From NCBI GenBank assembly GCA_003553085.1, contig PUPH01000031.1, forward strand, positions 3 through 64,002: a DNA stretch of 64,000 nt, given 5' to 3'. Every line of letters starts with the position of its first letter. The stretch's first letter is position 1. The notes beneath the pieces were generated by a model. It was not told the origin of the DNA. It made no database searches and saw nothing but the letters and a program-made list of their open reading frames with translations. The DNA comes from Thermoplasmata archaeon (GTDB lineage Archaea > Thermoplasmatota > Thermoplasmata > Halarchaeoplasmatales > Halarchaeoplasmataceae). Position numbers and translations under genes: made by a program. Positions 8,291-18,407 of the stretch are shown in pieces.

Positions 8291-11200
8291 TTAGTAATCG
8301 ACTGTCCATTCAACGTTTTCATCAGCATCGTTGTAGAGCCAATAACCGCTTCCAGGGGAGAACTCGAACCCTTGTGAATCCACGTAGGCAACGTTGTACT
8401 CCTCAGTAGCTTCGAAGTATCCCACTGTCGTCACTTCAGTCGGCAGATCATGGTGCCCTGCACTATCGCTGGGCAGCCCCACCATGTTCCAGCCTGGTTC
8501 TAGTGTAAGAGTAGTGGTTCCTGGTTCAATACCTTCCACCGTTAACGTATCCTCCACGTTCATCTGGACCCAGACGCCCATGGTGTGGTCCCATGTACCG
8601 AGGTTGTTGAAGTGATCCGCTCTGTCAGGTACATAAGAATACCAACTTCCTGAATCGAAGTACATAACTTTATCGTAATTACCGGCTATTCCATTATCAG
8701 GGTCCTCGAGGATCGCTTCCAACGACGTATCATCAGGTATCAGATTGAACGATACGAAGTTCCAGCCGTCGGCATCTGCGGTCAACTGTATGTCCATGGT
8801 AGTGGTTTCTGTACCGGGCTCCTGAACGGCGTTTTCATTATCTTCTTCCAAGCCGTTAGTACCAACAGCCCTAACGACGTACCACCAAAATATGTCGTCC
8901 GACATACCTTTATCATGATCAAGGTGTTCATAATCAGCTGAACCATCGGCAGTTACGCTTTCTACAAACGTACTTTCGTCCCACGGACCTGACTGCGATT
9001 CAGAGCGATATATATTGTAATGGCTGACATCTCCGGTCAGCTCATCAGGGCTGGCGTCCCACGAGATCAGGTTGTGATCATCACCCTCAGAGGGGATGCC
9101 TTCTGCGGTAACAAGGACGTTATCTATACGCCAGCCAGCTCCGAAGTCCTCATCATACTCCTCTATACCGGCTTCCCAGCGTAGATGTATCGTATCTCCA
9201 GCATGGGCTGATAGGTCAAAGGTCACTGTTTCCCAGTCCACTGAACTACCCCAGGCCGGTTCACCACCTAGTGGATTGCCAAAGCCGTCGTTTATCTCTC
9301 CGTCGTAGCCCTCGTTAGGGGTTATAAGATCGAAATTCCCGTTCACACCATTGGTCGATAGTTTCAGATTTCCGCCGTCGACCATTGTCGTGACGAAGCC
9401 GAGATCGCGCCAGTGGTCGAACGATAGTTCCACTTCCGTGGCCTCTGCAGGTATCTCTATAGCCGGTGAAGTCAGCATACTTATGTAACCCGCTCCTGAA
9501 GATTTGTGATACTGACCATCTCCGAAGTCCCATGAATTGGAGCCGACCGATGAGCCGTGCTGTCGGATATCCCATTCACTTCCACTGGCACTTCCGGAAA
9601 CGTCCGTTGTGTAACCTTTGTCCGCCGATACGTCGTCCTGGAACAGTATAGCTGTATCTCCACCGGTGTGCTGTACTTCCAAGTTATCAGGAGGTGCCGG
9701 CGGTGTGCCGACTATGGTAAATGTGCTGGCACTTTCGTCGTCTCCCCGTCTACCGGCGGTATCCACTGCTTCCACCCGTACCAAACAGTCGCTGCTGTGC
9801 TCGTTGGGCACCGTCCATGTGTACGAGCCCGTGTCAGCCACGTTGGTATCTATGGTCTGCCAGTTACTACCGGCATCTACACTGTACTCCAGATTGATGT
9901 GATCGACTGGGTTGTCACCAGGTGTCGTACTCCAAGATATCGTTTCTTGTGTACCCGCATCGAATGTCTCTCCTCCACTGGGCTGTGTGACCGATATCTC
10001 CGGAGGCTCTCCGGCTATGATCTCTATATCTATCCTCTGCCCCCATTCATCGCTTATGGAGAAATCCTCAGAATAGGTTTCTGTATATATCCTAAAGTCA
10101 TCATCGAGCTCATAACCCTCTTCCACAAGATTTCCAAAGTTCAGTTCATAATAGCCATTTCTATCTGTATCGATGGATATGGTTTCACCGGTTTCCATAT
10201 TCTCGATGCTGACTGTAACTCCTTCTGCGTGACCACCGCCATCATATCCTACCGTCCCATATACTAAATACGGTACCGGTGGATAAAGCGTTACATCGCC
10301 ATCTCCGAGATCAGTATCTGCCACCCTGCACTGGTAGATCAAAGAGTCATCGACATCTTGGTTTATCGTCATTATTTCATCGGGATGAGGATAGAATCCT
10401 TCCATACCCCATCCACCTGTATAGATTTCATAAACCAACCCATGAGCACCTAGTGCGTCGTAAGCCCAGTCTGCAGCCCCTCCGGGTGCACTGTAACCTA
10501 TCAATTCATGCGGCTGACCATAGACGTACTGGGAACTATCATCTCCAAGACGGGAAGTTTGCGAAGTCATATGACCTGCCATGCCTCTAAACCAATCGTC
10601 ATGAGGTGACGGAGAGCTTGTGTGCATATAAGGTATCAATAGAGAATGATGGTGACTGTGGATGTTTTGATATGATTGAATATCATTAGAGAGCATGAAA
10701 TCTCTCAAATATTTATTCTCATACTCGGAGAAGGGTGCTTCACCACGATAAGTGTCCGAACTCGGATCGGAAACTCCCTGCTCCCATGCTATATCCCAGT
10801 TCCTGTTAAGATCCACACCGATAGATGTTGTAGGGGTCGAGTCGTTAGTGTTCTTTCTCCACCCTGATCGTTCCTCGTAAACGCCGTCTCCATCATATAT
10901 GTAGCCATCTGGATTCTGAATCGGCATTACGAAGATCCTTCTATTGTTCAGTAACCAGTATATGGTTTCATTGGTTTCGTACTCATTGAGCATCCTCCAG
11001 GTTAGATAAGAAGCTACCTGGGGTCCCGACCATTCTCGAGAGTGCATTATCGCATCGATCAAGATCTCTGGTTTATCATCTACTTGAACGTCCTCATCGG
11101 ATGTGATCTCAAGGACCCAAAGGTCTCTACCTTCATAACTGTTCCCGATATGTATCTTTGATACAAGTTCTGGAAATTCTATCACGAGATCATCGTACCA

Positions 11201-11434
11201 ATCGTATAATTCTTGAACACTGGGGTAGTGATCCGGGAACGGATACTCAGATCTCTCGGCGATACTTTCATCCCTAGTATCTTCATTTAAGATATCACAA
11301 GATCTAGACTCATCTATGCACAGGTTCGTATAGATCGAATCGTCTCCACTCTGCACGACACTTACCGAAAAGATCGACAATACTAAAAAAACCGTTATCA
11401 TTAGAACGCCTAGCTTAGTTTTCTCCTCGAACAT
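8291..11434 (-). CDS. Secreted M14 zinc carboxypeptidase with shared C-terminal cassette
   Basis: Signal peptide; HSREW (HxxE), RKN, DLNRNW, HSH and catalytic YE motifs; then a carboxypeptidase-regulatory-like domain, Ig-like, FN3/jelly-roll and GWN-repeat C-terminal domain. Confidence 0.9.
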   Translation of the reverse strand: MFEEKTKLGVLMITVFLVLSIFSVSVVQSGDDSIYTNLCIDESRSCDILNEDTRDESIAERSEYPFPDHYPSVQELYDWYDDLVIEFPELVSKIHIGNSYEGRDLWVLEITSDEDVQVDDKPEILIDAIMHSREWSGPQVASYLTWRMLNEYETNETIYWLLNNRRIFVMPIQNPDGYIYDGDGVYEERSGWRKNTNDSTPTTSIGVDLNRNWDIAWEQGVSDPSSDTYRGEAPFSEYENKYLRDFMLSNDIQSYQNIHSHHHSLLIPYMHTSSPSPHDDWFRGMAGHMTSQTSRLGDDSSQYVYGQPHELIGYSAPGGAADWAYDALGAHGLVYEIYTGGWGMEGFYPHPDEIMTINQDVDDSLIYQCRVADTDLGDGDVTLYPPVPYLVYGTVGYDGGGHAEGVTVSIENMETGETISIDTDRNGYYELNFGNLVEEGYELDDDFRIYTETYSEDFSISDEWGQRIDIEIIAGEPPEISVTQPSGGETFDAGTQETISWSTTPGDNPVDHINLEYSVDAGSNWQTIDTNVADTGSYTWTVPNEHSSDCLVRVEAVDTAGRRGDDESASTFTIVGTPPAPPDNLEVQHTGGDTAILFQDDVSADKGYTTDVSGSASGSEWDIRQHGSSVGSNSWDFGDGQYHKSSGAGYISMLTSPAIEIPAEATEVELSFDHWRDLGFVTTMVDGGNLKLSTNGVNGNFDLITPNEGYDGEINDGFGNPLGGEPAWGSSVDWETVTFDLSAHAGDTIHLRWEAGIEEYDEDFGAGWRIDNVLVTAEGIPSEGDDHNLISWDASPDELTGDVSHYNIYRSESQSGPWDESTFVESVTADGSADYEHLDHDKGMSDDIFWWYVVRAVGTNGLEEDNENAVQEPGTETTTMDIQLTADADGWNFVSFNLIPDDTSLEAILEDPDNGIAGNYDKVMYFDSGSWYSYVPDRADHFNNLGTWDHTMGVWVQMNVEDTLTVEGIEPGTTTLTLEPGWNMVGLPSDSAGHHDLPTEVTTVGYFEATEEYNVAYVDSQGFEFSPGSGYWLYNDADENVEWTVDY

Positions 11435-11538
11435 TTTTTTATCTCCTATGAACCGACGATTAACTTAGCTAGAATTTACCGGGTTAATAAACGTTGGTTG
11501 CAAATTTACATACCTTCTTCCTAAAACCAACTATATTC

Positions 11539-11570
11539 AAAAAAAAAATAAAAAAAGAAAGAAGGGTTTT
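11539..11570 (-). terminator. U-rich terminator after S8 peptidase gene
   Basis: Minus strand AAAACCCTTCTTTCTTTTTTTATTTTTTTT follows the stop. Confidence 0.65.
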
Positions 11571-14500
11571 TTAGTACTCAACGGTCCAATCTACTGTGTG
11601 ATCCCCGTCGTTGTACAGCCAGTAGCCTTCTCCAGGTGAGAACTCGTATCCGGCTGCATCCACGTAAGCGATGTTGTATGCTTGCGCAGGATCGAAGTGA
11701 CCGACCGTAGTTACTTCCGCCGGGAGATCGTGGTTCCCGGCTGTAGAGCTAGGTAGTCCCACCATGTTCCATCCTGGATCCAGAGTTATGGTCGTCGTAC
11801 CTGGTTCGTTACCTTCAACCGTTAGCGTATCGTCCACGTTCATACGTATCCAAACACCCATGGTGTGGTCCCATGTACCAAGATTATTGAAGTGGTCCGC
11901 TCTATCAGGCACATACGAGTACCAACTCCCAGAATCGAAGTACATCAGGCTGTCGTAGTTACCAGCGATGCCGTAGTCTTCGTGTTCAAGTATGGATTCC
12001 AGATCTGTGATACCAGGTTCTAGGTTGAAAGATACAAAGTTCCAACCGTCGCCGTCCCCGGACAATTGGATGTCCATTGTCGGTAGGGCATCTCCTCCAG
12101 GTTCCTGTACCGAATCGGTGTTCTCTTCTTCCATGCCATTGGTACCAACAGCTCTAACGACATACCACCAGAATATTTCATCAGCCATACCTTTATCCTG
12201 ATCCAAGTAGTCATAAGTGGCTGAACCGTCGGCGGTTAGACTGTCTATCAGAGTGGTTTCGTCCCAAGGACCGTTCTGGTCTTCGGAACGATAGATATTG
12301 TATCCACTGACTTCATCGGGGTCATCAGGACTGGCGTCCCATGTGATCAGGTTGTGCTCGTCTCCGTCGGAAGGTACTCCCTCGGCTGTGACGGATATAT
12401 CATCGATACGCCATCCGGCACCTCCATCAGTGGTCCAGTCTTCAGCTCCTGCATCCCAACGTATCTGTATCGTCTCTCCGATGTTATCCGTCAGGTCGAC
12501 TGTGACCTCTTCCCAGCCTACCGTGCCGCCCCAGGCATCTTCGCCCTCTATGGGGTTGCTGTATCCTGTGCCGATGGTATGGTCGTACCCCGGTTCCGGG
12601 TCTTCGATCAGATCCCAAGTTTCTCCATCGGTTGATATCTTAAGGTTAACTCCATCCCAAGTATCTGCGATATCTCTCCAGTGCTGGAAGGTGAGTTCTA
12701 TGCTGTCTGCACTCTCCGGTATCATGATCTCTGGAGATATCAGCCAGGCGCCTCCACCTACCTTATCGTACTGTCCATCACCCCAGTCCCAGGAGTGATC
12801 TCCTATCACAGATCCATGATCTCTGATATCCCATCCGACTAGACCGCCGCTTGTTCCGCTAATATATCCAAGGTCCTCGGATACATCGTCAGCGAAGAGG
12901 ACTCCGTCTCCTAAGCCTTCGTGCTCCACGACTAAGTTGGAAGGCGGTTCGGGAGGTGTACCTTCTATGGTGAACACGCCGCTTATGTCTTCACCGGATC
13001 TACCTGAAGTATCCCTCACATTAGCTCTGATCAGAGATTCTGTGCTCTGCTCGTTCGGTACAGTCCATGTGTAACTGCTGGTGTCCGGTAGACCAGACTC
13101 GATCAGGTTCCAAGAGTCTCCGTTGTCAACACTGTAATAAAGATCAACATGATCGACCGGATCGTCGCCTTCCTGGGTATTCCAAAGGATATCTTCCTGT
13201 GTATCAGCGGTGAGCACTTCTCCGCCACTGGGTTGAGATATCGTTATCTCCGGAGGTTCTCCGGGGACTTCATCGACCGCGTTATACATGACCAAGGCAT
13301 AATCCTGCCCGGTTCCCACGACAGGATCCGGGACATCGTACCCGTGTATTCGGACGGTGTAAAAACCTTCCTCTAGGTCTGTATCGCGTATGAAGACGTT
13401 CTCAACATTATTCACATCGTCCCATCCATCTCCGTTTGAATCAAAGGAACCGTATGTGGATTCCCCGGGTTCGGACCAGCTTTCTACTAGATTGTTACCT
13501 CTATAAACGTCACCAGTGGGTGAAATAACTTCCAGATTCAAGTCGTTCTTCAACGTCGGGTCATCTCCATCCATAGCTTGTGAATCGGACCACACCAAGG
13601 TTATCCTTAAAGGCTCTCCATCGTCCTGGTACTCTATCATATATTCATCAACATCTCCGGTTGATAGGACGGAAGTTTCATCTACGAACACTGAATCTAC
13701 GGGTGGATCGACAATCTGTGGTAAGTTAACCATACCCCAGCCTTCATCCTGATTGGGTATATGAGGACTGTTTTCACCACCGTTGTTGTTTGCCAGATTG
13801 TATGCCGTATTTACCATCAAGGCCTTTACCATGGATGGATTAGGCAGGCTTCCGTAGTGGGTATCATACCAATCAACGATAACGGTTCCTGCTCCGGCTG
13901 CAGCGGGACAAGCCATAGACGTTCCCGACATAGAACCGTATCCTCCACCAGGCATGGTAGATTCCACGTTATCACCAGGTGCTACAACATCAGGCTTTAC
14001 ACGATTATCATTGGTCCATCCACGAGAACTAAAACCAGCCATGTTATCAGGATTACCTCCACGTGATCCATAGTTCTCAGTTGCACCGATGGATATGATG
14101 TTTTTACCGTTAGCCGGACTGCCGATAGTATTAGATCCACTCCCAGAATTACCGGCCGCCACAAATATGACCATCGGTTCTCCGTCACCAGCGTCTCTAG
14201 TTAGCATGTCGAATTCTTCGTCTCCTAAGGTGTATTCTCCTGCGGTTTCCGCACCCCATGAATTTGAGTGAACGTATGCACCGCTGCGGTCCCTGGCTTC
14301 GGTGATTATCCTAACATATGAATCCGTTGGACCGATCCAACTTCCTCCGCCATCGAATATCCTAAGTGCGAACAGGTCGGTTTCAGGGGCAGACCCCTGT
14401 CCAGAATAGTAATCCTCATAGACCGTTGATCCGGTCCCATGATATGTATCGCCGCCCACCGAGCCGGTACAGTGTGTTCCGTGACCGTGACCGTCGTTCC

Positions 14501-15488
14501 ATGAACCTTCAGCGTCTGTCTCGTCACCAAAATCATAACCTCCTAGTACTCTACCAGTGAAGTCTTGGTGACCTGCATTCGGAGTAGTCCCATCGCCTAA
14601 CCCAGTATCAGCCACAGCAGTGACTACTCCAGCCCCTTTATATCCTATCTGGTTGGCAAAGGAACCATAATCTCCGTGCTCTCGGTAAGCTGTATCTGGA
14701 TCATCGTCATCATCGTAAACCCATAGACCGCCACCTATCGTCTGGGTAGCCATCTCATCCCATAGTTGGGGTTCTACATAGTTTGATATATAGTAAACAT
14801 CGTTTTTGTTCGCGAGCTCCACGAATTCAGATTCATCTTCAACGACGGTGAGTAATTTGTTTCCATCGGTGGTCCGGATCCTAACCATACCCGGCTCTAG
14901 GCCTTCAGCGAGTTTGAAACCAGGTTGGTATATTCCGATCCAATCAACGAACCATAGATCCTCAACACGATCAGCAAGTTCGGGTGTCATAACTACCTCA
15001 AAAGCGAAGTTTGGTTGATAGTTTATTATCTTAACACCCATCTCCTCCAGCTCAGCTCTCCATGAAGAAGATACCGGTCCGAGCACATGTATGAGGTATA
15101 TTCCCTCTTCACCAGGGCTGTAGCCGTCGATGGTTAATTCCGTATCGAATCGAGGTAAACCCTCGTTTATATCGAATACGTGTCCCTTGATACTGAGTTC
15201 CGTCCTTCCGATCAACGGATTCATTTCCATACCCTGATTTTGTAACGTATTGGCTGTTTCAAGATCCATATCTACAAGAGCGTAATCTCTGTATCTATAC
15301 AAGATCTGGGCATTCGATCGTTTCAGTCTGCTTATTTCTTCGATACTTTGTATATCCACCATAAAGTACTCCGTACTATCAGATCCTACAGAGTTGAACC
15401 CCGTAACAACGAAAACTGACAACAGCAGTACTACTGCGGTGAACACACACAGCATCTTTAGAACTGTCTTTTTCATGCTAGACTCCAC
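11571..15488 (-). CDS. Secreted S8 subtilisin-like serine endopeptidase with shared C-terminal cassette
   Basis: Signal peptide and long propeptide; catalytic triad VADTG / HGHGTHCTG / GTSMACP; oxyanion AAGN; LVWSD...NDLNL beta domain; then the shared cassette. Confidence 0.92.
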   Translation of the reverse strand: MESSMKKTVLKMLCVFTAVVLLLSVFVVTGFNSVGSDSTEYFMVDIQSIEEISRLKRSNAQILYRYRDYALVDMDLETANTLQNQGMEMNPLIGRTELSIKGHVFDINEGLPRFDTELTIDGYSPGEEGIYLIHVLGPVSSSWRAELEEMGVKIINYQPNFAFEVVMTPELADRVEDLWFVDWIGIYQPGFKLAEGLEPGMVRIRTTDGNKLLTVVEDESEFVELANKNDVYYISNYVEPQLWDEMATQTIGGGLWVYDDDDDPDTAYREHGDYGSFANQIGYKGAGVVTAVADTGLGDGTTPNAGHQDFTGRVLGGYDFGDETDAEGSWNDGHGHGTHCTGSVGGDTYHGTGSTVYEDYYSGQGSAPETDLFALRIFDGGGSWIGPTDSYVRIITEARDRSGAYVHSNSWGAETAGEYTLGDEEFDMLTRDAGDGEPMVIFVAAGNSGSGSNTIGSPANGKNIISIGATENYGSRGGNPDNMAGFSSRGWTNDNRVKPDVVAPGDNVESTMPGGGYGSMSGTSMACPAAAGAGTVIVDWYDTHYGSLPNPSMVKALMVNTAYNLANNNGGENSPHIPNQDEGWGMVNLPQIVDPPVDSVFVDETSVLSTGDVDEYMIEYQDDGEPLRITLVWSDSQAMDGDDPTLKNDLNLEVISPTGDVYRGNNLVESWSEPGESTYGSFDSNGDGWDDVNNVENVFIRDTDLEEGFYTVRIHGYDVPDPVVGTGQDYALVMYNAVDEVPGEPPEITISQPSGGEVLTADTQEDILWNTQEGDDPVDHVDLYYSVDNGDSWNLIESGLPDTSSYTWTVPNEQSTESLIRANVRDTSGRSGEDISGVFTIEGTPPEPPSNLVVEHEGLGDGVLFADDVSEDLGYISGTSGGLVGWDIRDHGSVIGDHSWDWGDGQYDKVGGGAWLISPEIMIPESADSIELTFQHWRDIADTWDGVNLKISTDGETWDLIEDPEPGYDHTIGTGYSNPIEGEDAWGGTVGWEEVTVDLTDNIGETIQIRWDAGAEDWTTDGGAGWRIDDISVTAEGVPSDGDEHNLITWDASPDDPDEVSGYNIYRSEDQNGPWDETTLIDSLTADGSATYDYLDQDKGMADEIFWWYVVRAVGTNGMEEENTDSVQEPGGDALPTMDIQLSGDGDGWNFVSFNLEPGITDLESILEHEDYGIAGNYDSLMYFDSGSWYSYVPDRADHFNNLGTWDHTMGVWIRMNVDDTLTVEGNEPGTTTITLDPGWNMVGLPSSTAGNHDLPAEVTTVGHFDPAQAYNIAYVDAAGYEFSPGEGYWLYNDGDHTVDWTVEY

Positions 15489-15629
15489 CTGCTAAGTTTT
15501 CTCCTCAAAACAAAATTTTAAGGCTTTGTTTAATCATGCAATGTAGTTATACAATATAAAGATTTACATCAAGATGGCATATAGAACAAACTATTTATCC
15601 ATGAATCCACAATATATTAGAAACCGCGA

Positions 15630-15655
15630 TTAAAAATAGAAAGGAAAAGATGGGT
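15630..15655 (-). terminator. U-rich terminator after M28 peptidase gene
   Basis: Minus strand ACCCATCTTTTCCTTTCTATTTTT follows the stop. Confidence 0.55.
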
Positions 15656-18376
15656 TCAGTAGTCGATAATCCATTCAACACTTTGGTCGGCGTCGTTGTA
15701 GAGCCAGTAGCCCTCTCCAGGTGAGAACTCAAAGTTCGACGGGTCATGATCGTAGGCCAAATTATATTCAACGAAATCATCAAAATATCCTATACAGCTG
15801 ACTTCTCCGGGTAGGTTATGATTTCCAGATGTTGAACTAGGCATACCGACCATGTTCCAACCCGGGTGTAATACAATATCAGTACTGCTCAGTAAATACC
15901 CTTCAATAGTCAATGTATCGTCTGAAGTCATACGTATCCAGATACCCATGGTGTGATCCCAGTCTTGGAGATTGTTGTAGTGCTCATCTCTACCAGGGAC
16001 GTATGAAAACCATTCATGGCTTTCAGCGTCGTAGTACATCACCTGATCATATCGTCCTTGTATCCCAGTATTTGGATCATTTAAAATTGCAGTGATGCTA
16101 GTATCACCATATAACGGAAATAAGTTATAAGATACAAAATTCCAACCGTCGGCATCGCCGTCTGCGTACAGAGGGATATCAAAGGCACCTATATAACCTG
16201 TTTCCTCACCAACATCGGTGTTCTGCTCTTCTAGTCCATTTACTCCAACAGCACGCACTACGTAACACCACCAAACATCATCGGCCGTACCTTTACCTAT
16301 GTCGATGTAACTGTAATCTGCTGAACCGTCAGCGGGTAAGCTGTCTATGAGAGTACTGTCATCCCATGGACCTGTGTGTTCATCCGAACGATAGATATTG
16401 TAATGGCTCACCTCATCTGGATCATCCGGGCTAGCATCCCAGGTCAATAAATTATGATCGTCTCCGTCACCGGAAACCTCTCCTGTAACTAAGATATCAT
16501 CTATCCTCCAGCCCGCATGTGTTGAACCATAATTGTCAACACCGGCGTCCCATCTGATCCAAACACTTTCACCTTCGTATCCGCTGAGATCAACGGTTAC
16601 CTCTTCCCAGTCTGTAGAATGTCCCCATGCTGGTTCTCCCTCAAGTGGATTATCCCATCCACCTTCTACCGTACCATCGTATGCAGGATTCGGATCAGTT
16701 ATGAGATCCCATGAGCCCTCTGGGCCGTCCGTCGATATCTTAAGGTTGCCGCCGTCCCATATTGAGCCATCATCTTCAAATTCCCTCCAGTGCATGAATG
16801 TCATCTCTATCTCAGTCGCATCTGTCAGATCGATCTCAGGTGTTATCAGCCAGCTGAGTCCGCCATTGCTGGGATCGTTATAGTTACCATCGCCGAAGTC
16901 CCATGAATAATCTCCGACTGCGGATCCGTGGGTACGGATACTCCACTCGCTGGCACCGTCAGTCTGTCCTGTGGTATATCCAAGGTCGCCGGATTCCACA
17001 TCATCCTCAAAGATGACTTGAGTAGCTTGTCCGATGTGGTCCACTATCAGATTAGAAGGTGCTGATGGGGGGATACCGTGGATGGCAAAAACGCCGCTGA
17101 TATCTTCGTTCCAGCGTCCCAAGGAATCTACAACACGGACTCGGATCTTACATTCCAAACTATCCTCGTTGGGAACACCCCAGGTATAACTTCCAGTATC
17201 TTGGATATCGCTATCGATGTTATACCATGAATCTCCGGTATCCGTGCTGTACCATATTTCTATACCGTCTATGGGATCTTCCCCTTTTTCAGTAGTCCAT
17301 GTGATGTCTTCTTCTTCGAAGGCATACCATTCTTCTCCACCTATGGGAGAAGTGACGGTTATGGATGGAGGATCCCCTTCTGCTACGGGTTGAGCTAGGT
17401 GTCCTAGGCTAGCGATAGCGTGCCTGGTCGTATGGGTTATCTGTGGAAGTGTGAGTTTGTCCAGCGTGTCATCTGCCGTGTGATAGTAGGGGCTAAAGAC
17501 GGTTTCTATGGACAGAGTGGCATTGTATCCCTCGTCCCAAAAGCTGGAATGGTCTGAACGCCATTCAGTGCTGTCGTACTCATAGGTGAAGTTGATTCCT
17601 ATGTTATCATAGGCCTCGCTTACATCCGCCTTGTAATCCAGCATCCAGTTGGAGGGCGTATTTGCGTGAAGTGTGATGGCCAAGTCAGGTTCCGCGTATC
17701 CAACCATATCGTAATTGAGTTTACCCAACAACTGTTCCTCCGTTTCATCGATGTTAGAAGCATAGTAACTGCTACCGTGCAGTCCCTGTTCCTCCGCACC
17801 CCATAGTGCAAAACGGATGGTACGTTCAAAACTGTATTGGGACATTATCCTCGCAGCCTCTATAGTCACTGCTGAACCACTGCCGTTATCGTCTGCACCA
17901 GGAGCCGCCCCGCCCCAATTGTTTATACTATCAAGGTGCCCGCCGATGATATATGTCTGAGGCTCTAGGTCTGGATTGGTTCCAGGATGTACCGCTATAA
18001 CATTCGTGCTGCTGTGCCCACCAGATGTGAAGTTCTGCATATAGGTATCTAAACCGAAGGAGCTAAGTTCTTGATATGCCCATAGAGCTGCATCATCGAA
18101 ACCACTGGTACCGGTTAATCTGGTCGGTACGCCGTTTTCATCCTCAAAACTTTGTAAAGTATCGATGTAATCATATATATTTGATTCTTCGACTTGATCT
18201 ATCATCATCTGTATCTGAGGATCATGTCCTGGAAACACAGGTGTATCGAGGATATACTCATCGCTTTCATGGTCTAAAATAGGTCCTCCAGAGGTCAAAG
18301 ATACTACCTGTGAGAAAACAGATAGCACTAACGATAAACCGACAAGAAGAACCAGTGATTTCATCTTTTTTTTCAT
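15656..18376 (-). CDS. Secreted M28 family aminopeptidase with shared C-terminal cassette
   Basis: Signal peptide; co-catalytic zinc motifs GGHLDS, GADDNGSG, AEEQGL, NYDM, SDHSSF and YYHT; then the shared cassette. Confidence 0.9.
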   Translation of the reverse strand: MKKKMKSLVLLVGLSLVLSVFSQVVSLTSGGPILDHESDEYILDTPVFPGHDPQIQMMIDQVEESNIYDYIDTLQSFEDENGVPTRLTGTSGFDDAALWAYQELSSFGLDTYMQNFTSGGHSSTNVIAVHPGTNPDLEPQTYIIGGHLDSINNWGGAAPGADDNGSGSAVTIEAARIMSQYSFERTIRFALWGAEEQGLHGSSYYASNIDETEEQLLGKLNYDMVGYAEPDLAITLHANTPSNWMLDYKADVSEAYDNIGINFTYEYDSTEWRSDHSSFWDEGYNATLSIETVFSPYYHTADDTLDKLTLPQITHTTRHAIASLGHLAQPVAEGDPPSITVTSPIGGEEWYAFEEEDITWTTEKGEDPIDGIEIWYSTDTGDSWYNIDSDIQDTGSYTWGVPNEDSLECKIRVRVVDSLGRWNEDISGVFAIHGIPPSAPSNLIVDHIGQATQVIFEDDVESGDLGYTTGQTDGASEWSIRTHGSAVGDYSWDFGDGNYNDPSNGGLSWLITPEIDLTDATEIEMTFMHWREFEDDGSIWDGGNLKISTDGPEGSWDLITDPNPAYDGTVEGGWDNPLEGEPAWGHSTDWEEVTVDLSGYEGESVWIRWDAGVDNYGSTHAGWRIDDILVTGEVSGDGDDHNLLTWDASPDDPDEVSHYNIYRSDEHTGPWDDSTLIDSLPADGSADYSYIDIGKGTADDVWWCYVVRAVGVNGLEEQNTDVGEETGYIGAFDIPLYADGDADGWNFVSYNLFPLYGDTSITAILNDPNTGIQGRYDQVMYYDAESHEWFSYVPGRDEHYNNLQDWDHTMGIWIRMTSDDTLTIEGYLLSSTDIVLHPGWNMVGMPSSTSGNHNLPGEVSCIGYFDDFVEYNLAYDHDPSNFEFSPGEGYWLYNDADQSVEWIIDY

Positions 18377-18407
18377 TTTTGATCTCCTTGGATATATACA
18401 TGCTCAT

